A DNA stretch of 64,000 nucleotides from Dehalococcoidia bacterium (lineage in GTDB: Bacteria; Chloroflexota; Dehalococcoidia; Plut-88900): positions 456,345-520,344 of the forward strand of contig OY764147.1 of the NCBI GenBank assembly GCA_963668115.1, read 5' to 3'. The notes beneath the pieces were generated by a model. The model was not told where the DNA came from and searched no databases. It saw only the letters and a program-made list of their open reading frames with translations. Position numbers and translations under genes: made by a program. Positions 60,325-64,000 of the stretch are shown here, piece by piece; the first letter of the stretch is position 1; the number at the start of each line of letters is the position of its first letter.

Positions 60325-60373
60325 CGGGAATGTCTGCCGAATCCTGAATTGTCCACATTAAGGCGAAGCAACT

Positions 60374-60691
60374 GTGTCCTGCGTATTTTGTGACATCATC
60401 TCGGGGGTGGAGGGGGCGAATGTGCGGTACGAAGATGAGGAGTTTATTGTCTTCGACAACAAGCTTACATGGGCGCCGGTGATGCTGCTGGTGGTGAGGA
60501 AGCGACACACAGACCAGGAGGAGTACTGGCAGGACATGTCGGAGGCAGGACGGATTGCGGTGGAGATGGGGAAGCGCTACTGTCCCGACGGCTTCCGGCT
60601 GGTGTCGAATTTCGGGGATGACGCCATGCAGAGCCAGGAACATGGGCATCTGCACGTGATCGGGGGGAGGTTTCTGGGGCCTTACGTGTAG
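60374..60691 (+). CDS. HIT-family protein
   Basis: Histidine triad HGHLHVIGG. 105 aa. Confidence 0.85.
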   Translation: MSCVFCDIISGVEGANVRYEDEEFIVFDNKLTWAPVMLLVVRKRHTDQEEYWQDMSEAGRIAVEMGKRYCPDGFRLVSNFGDDAMQSQEHGHLHVIGGRFLGPYV

Positions 60692-60705
60692 CCCGAGGTG
60701 GGGGC

Positions 60706-61578
60706 CTAGCTCTCTGAGCCGCGTTGCTGGCGGTGACGCAGATATTCTTCCAGGCTCTTGATGATTTCGTCGGAGCGAAGGGGCTCCTCGTCCTCCCGGG
60801 CCCCCAGGTTGCTTTCGAGCTGACGTACGTAGCGCTTCAATTTTGGGTTCTGCTCCAAAGCCTGCTCCACCTGTTTGTCCAGTCGGTCTCCGCGCCGGAC
60901 GAGGTCACGGATGTCCAACTCCAGGTCCAGAATCGGGAGGAGACGACGCAGAACAGCGCGCCATGCCTTGGGGTTGGCGGTGGGGAGGTAGTGGGGGGTG
61001 CCGGTCCAGAGGCTGATGCTGGGTATGCCCAGTTCTGCGCAGGCGTGCTCGAGGACGGCGTGGATGGAGGTTGGGCCTTCGTAGTCGGTGAACTGGAGGT
61101 CGTAGACGGCGAGGTCGTCACGGGCGCCACTGTCATTTACGGCGGCGGAGACGATGGGTTCCCGGGTGTGGGGTGTGGAGTCGTAGAAGCTGCCGAGGAG
61201 GATCAGCTCATCGGGGTCATGGTCCTGGAAGGCGGCGAAGAAGTCATCGGTGAAGCTGCGCCACTTGAGTTGGGGTTCGGTGCCCAAGAAGAGGATTAAA
61301 TCATGCTCGCCGTACAGGTTTTCCCAGTAATAGAACTCGTTAGTGACGAAATCCAGGCTCTTGATGACGCCCTCGGATATCTTGCCGTAGGGTCGGGTGT
61401 TGGTGAAGTCGTAGAAGGGGTCGGGGTCCAGTTCGGCGAACTTGGTTGGGTTCAGCTTGCTTTTCAGGTAGGACACCGCTCCCGAGGATACCTCACCGGC
61501 GTTGGCCCAACCCGAGAACCCGGCCAGCACCTTGGGCTTCCTGAGTTCGGGGGTTTCCAGCATGATGAGGTTGCTCAT
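60706..61578 (-). CDS. PAC2-family (proteasome assembly chaperone-like) protein
   Basis: 290-aa ORF with a PAC2-type ATP-grasp-like layout (…VLAGFSGWANAGEV…). Confidence 0.6.
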   Translation of the reverse strand: MSNLIMLETPELRKPKVLAGFSGWANAGEVSSGAVSYLKSKLNPTKFAELDPDPFYDFTNTRPYGKISEGVIKSLDFVTNEFYYWENLYGEHDLILFLGTEPQLKWRSFTDDFFAAFQDHDPDELILLGSFYDSTPHTREPIVSAAVNDSGARDDLAVYDLQFTDYEGPTSIHAVLEHACAELGIPSISLWTGTPHYLPTANPKAWRAVLRRLLPILDLELDIRDLVRRGDRLDKQVEQALEQNPKLKRYVRQLESNLGAREDEEPLRSDEIIKSLEEYLRHRQQRGSES

Positions 61579-61742
61579 GGAGAATACCTGTCAGCCTGCA
61601 CAAGTAGGAATGGTACTGACGATGGTGCGCAAGACCAGATAGCACAATCAGTATACCAGCAAGCAGGCGGTCGGGGCTATTTTGAGATGCTTTAGGGCTG
61701 AGACGCGGTTAGAATCCGTCTGATCCAAACCCGAAGTACAAC

Positions 61743-62822
61743 ATGAATGAATACACGAGATTTGACGCCGGTGACCTTCACAAACTGGCTCGTTCGATAC
61801 TGATGGGGTGCGGGATGGGCCATGACGATGCGGATGTGGCCTCGGGGGTGCTGCTCTATGCAGACCTGCGGGGAATAGACTCCCATGGGGTGGCCCATCT
61901 TTCGGCGCACCAGTCTTACGTGAAGGGAATGAAGAACGGGAACGTAAACCCCCGTCCCGACGTCCAGACGGCGAACGATAACGGTACGCTGGCGCTGGTA
62001 GACGGAGATGGGGGCCTGGGGCCGGTTGTTGGACACAGGGCGATGGAGTTAGCCATTGAGAAGGCACGGGTCTCAGGAGTGGGGTTGGTGGGGGCGTCTA
62101 ACAGCAGGCACTACGGTTCGGCGGGGTACTACGCGGAGATGGCGTTGGCTCACGACATGATAGGAATATCGATGACACAGGCGTCGCCGGCGGTGCTGCC
62201 GACGCACGGGGCGAAGCGGAAGCTGGGGACGAATGCAATCAGCTTTGCGATTCCCGCGGGTGAAGAGCCGGCGTACGTTCTTGACATGGCCACGAGTGCC
62301 GTTGCGGTTGGGAAGCTGGAACTGGCGCGACGGAAGTCGGAGGCCATACCGGTTGGGTGGGCGGTGGACTCGGAGGGTCAGGAGACGACGGACCCCAACG
62401 ACTATTGGGACGGGGGAGCATTGGTCCCACTCGGTTCTTCGCCGGAGTTGAGCAGTCACAAGGGATTCGGGCTGGGGATGCTGGTGGACATATTGTCGGG
62501 GGTGCTGACGGGTGTGGGGTTCGGGGCGACGATGTCTCGGGAGAAGAGGGTAGTGGGTCACTTCTTCGGGGCGTTCCGGGTGGACGGGTTCCGGCCGGTG
62601 GAAGAGTTCAAGGAAATGATGGACGAGATGATCCGGGACATGAGGTCGACGCCGCGGGTTCGAGAGGACCAACCCGTGCTAATCCCCGGACAGATTGAGC
62701 ACGAGACCCGCCTGGAAAGACTGGAGAACGGTGTGCCTCTGCATGAAGAGGTGGTGGAGGCGTTGCAGGAATATGCCAAGGAATTCGGCATTGAGTTTCC
62801 AAGTCCGAAGTCGGCAGGATAG
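61743..62822 (+). CDS. Ldh_2-family (malate/L-lactate/ureidoglycolate-type) NAD(P)H oxidoreductase
   Basis: 359 aa with …HKGFGLGMLVDILSGVLTG… Ldh_2 signature. Confidence 0.75.
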   Translation: MNEYTRFDAGDLHKLARSILMGCGMGHDDADVASGVLLYADLRGIDSHGVAHLSAHQSYVKGMKNGNVNPRPDVQTANDNGTLALVDGDGGLGPVVGHRAMELAIEKARVSGVGLVGASNSRHYGSAGYYAEMALAHDMIGISMTQASPAVLPTHGAKRKLGTNAISFAIPAGEEPAYVLDMATSAVAVGKLELARRKSEAIPVGWAVDSEGQETTDPNDYWDGGALVPLGSSPELSSHKGFGLGMLVDILSGVLTGVGFGATMSREKRVVGHFFGAFRVDGFRPVEEFKEMMDEMIRDMRSTPRVREDQPVLIPGQIEHETRLERLENGVPLHEEVVEALQEYAKEFGIEFPSPKSAG

Positions 62823-62836
62823 AAGGGAAACCGTCG

Positions 62837-63670
62837 GTGGGGGAAATAAAGCGGATCGCGATACTGGGGGCAGGTCTCTACTCCGAAATCCTGTTGGAGG
62901 TGATGACTTCAGATAAAGAGAGGGACCGGGGAGTCGAGGTCATTGCCACGCACAGGAGGGCGGGGCGTCGGGCGGAGGTTGCGGAAAGGTTTGGGATACG
63001 GGTGCTAGAGTCGAACAGGGAGGCGTGCGAGGGCGCGGACATGATCATCCCGCTGGTGAGGCCGGAGCAGATGGGTGTGTTGATGGGGGAGGTCGGGCCG
63101 GTGATCCGGGAAGGGCAGATAGTTGCGACGGGTGCTGCATCGTTGCCCCTTAGCTGGTACAGGAGGTACCTGAAGGCGCCGTGCACTCTTGCCTGGGTGT
63201 TCACACCGGTGTTCATGGGGAAGGGGGAGGGGTACATTGGCATGGCCTTTGAGCCTGGGATACCGGACGAGCGGGTGCAGGAACTGAAGGACTACTGGGG
63301 CAGGTTCGGTAACGAGATTATGGTAGTGGAGGATGGCAACCAGGACGCATTTACCATACTGCAAGCATGCAGCCAGTTCTTCCTGTACCCGGTGGTGAAG
63401 GCGATGGTGGGGTATGGTCGGGAGGCGGGGTTGCCCGTTGAGGTTGCGAAGGCTGCTTCGCTGGCGGCGCTGAGATGTGCATCGAGGGAGTTGGAAGGCG
63501 TGGACTGCACCCCGGAAGGGCTGGAGGCGTTCATGGACTACGCCCGGGTCCCGGGGAACATGACCTTCGCAGGAATAAAGGCGCTGGAGCGTCTGGGGGT
63601 GGAGGCGGCATTCAAGGAGTGCCTGATCGCGGCGCAACGGCAGTCGGAGGTGAACAGGTCGGGGTTATAG
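62837..63670 (+). CDS. Pyrroline-5-carboxylate reductase-like NADP oxidoreductase
   Basis: N-terminal IAILGAGLYSE Rossmann motif plus a ProC-type dimerisation domain. 277 aa. Confidence 0.55.
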   Translation: MGEIKRIAILGAGLYSEILLEVMTSDKERDRGVEVIATHRRAGRRAEVAERFGIRVLESNREACEGADMIIPLVRPEQMGVLMGEVGPVIREGQIVATGAASLPLSWYRRYLKAPCTLAWVFTPVFMGKGEGYIGMAFEPGIPDERVQELKDYWGRFGNEIMVVEDGNQDAFTILQACSQFFLYPVVKAMVGYGREAGLPVEVAKAASLAALRCASRELEGVDCTPEGLEAFMDYARVPGNMTFAGIKALERLGVEAAFKECLIAAQRQSEVNRSGL

Positions 63671-64000
63671 GGAGTTGTTGGGTCGGGGTCGGGACATGAG
63701 CTCCTGAAGCTTGTCGAGGTTGAAGTCGGGGGACTTGCAGAATTCGATGATGGGTCGCTCCCAGTCCTCCATCTGAACTGAGGCGTCGGCGATTCGGCCG
63801 GCGATGCCGGCGGGGATGGTGATTACACCGTGCTTGTCACCGTGGATTACGTCTCCGGGTCGGACCTCGACTCCTCCCACAGTTACCGGACACCCGACGG
63901 CCTCCAGGTGGACGTAGGCGTGGGAGACAAGCACGTCGGAGGCGAAGAAGTGGAAGCCGAGGTCTTCAACCTCGTCCAGATCGCGCACACCGCCGTCGGT
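63665..64000 (-). CDS. RraA-family (RNase E inhibitor / 4-hydroxy-4-methyl-2-oxoglutarate aldolase-like) protein, 5' part beyond window
   Basis: …GDVIHGDKHGVITIP… RraA motif. The gene continues past the window end. Confidence 0.65.
   Translation of the reverse strand, partial: TDGGVRDLDEVEDLGFHFFASDVLVSHAYVHLEAVGCPVTVGGVEVRPGDVIHGDKHGVITIPAGIAGRIADASVQMEDWERPIIEFCKSPDFNLDKLQELMSRPRPNNSL

Overview
High-GC (about 60%) bacterial chromosomal segment with TTG/GTG starts, a Cheo-type LexA box, AroH chorismate mutase, a DnaD/DnaI-like replication trio and F420-type LLM oxidoreductases, which points to Terrabacteria, possibly Chloroflexota or an actinobacterium-like lineage. Most of the window is densely packed housekeeping genes: valS, tyrS-ribF-ligA-pth operon, glnA, sufBCDSU, purQ/purL, rpsU, rplI-dnaB, lexA, trpA/aroH/DAHP synthase. 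A catabolic cluster sits at 5.3-17.9 kb: PhyH dioxygenase, class-III aminotransferase, two LLM oxidoreductases, two amidohydrolases, CaiB CoA-transferase, a split MaoC hydratase pair, and a CoxM-S-L molybdenum hydroxylase with a co-operonic MoaD-like gene. The clearest accessory region is a low-GC cassette at 33.2-35.7 kb, a beta-class DNA methyltransferase fused to an HNH nuclease convergent with a protein carrying a nucleoside-2-deoxyribosyltransferase/TIR-like C-terminal domain. It is bracketed by direct copies of a G-rich hairpin repeat family that recurs at four other intergenic sites in the window, and is followed by a DUF4258/YgiT toxin-antitoxin pair. Other unusual items are a GrdB-family selenoprotein with an in-frame UGA and a SECIS-like hairpin (the ORF track splits it), and two tandem desulforedoxin-like mini-proteins behind a near-consensus promoter. 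Three genes carry reading-frame defects: pth has a 19-bp tandem duplication, sufD has three homopolymer indels, and a CPBP protease has one, which may be real pseudogenes or assembly errors. Further items: an L9 with a roughly 250-aa acidic tail and a DnaI/DnaC-like loader with an internally duplicated AAA+ module. No rRNA, tRNA or CRISPR was recognised.
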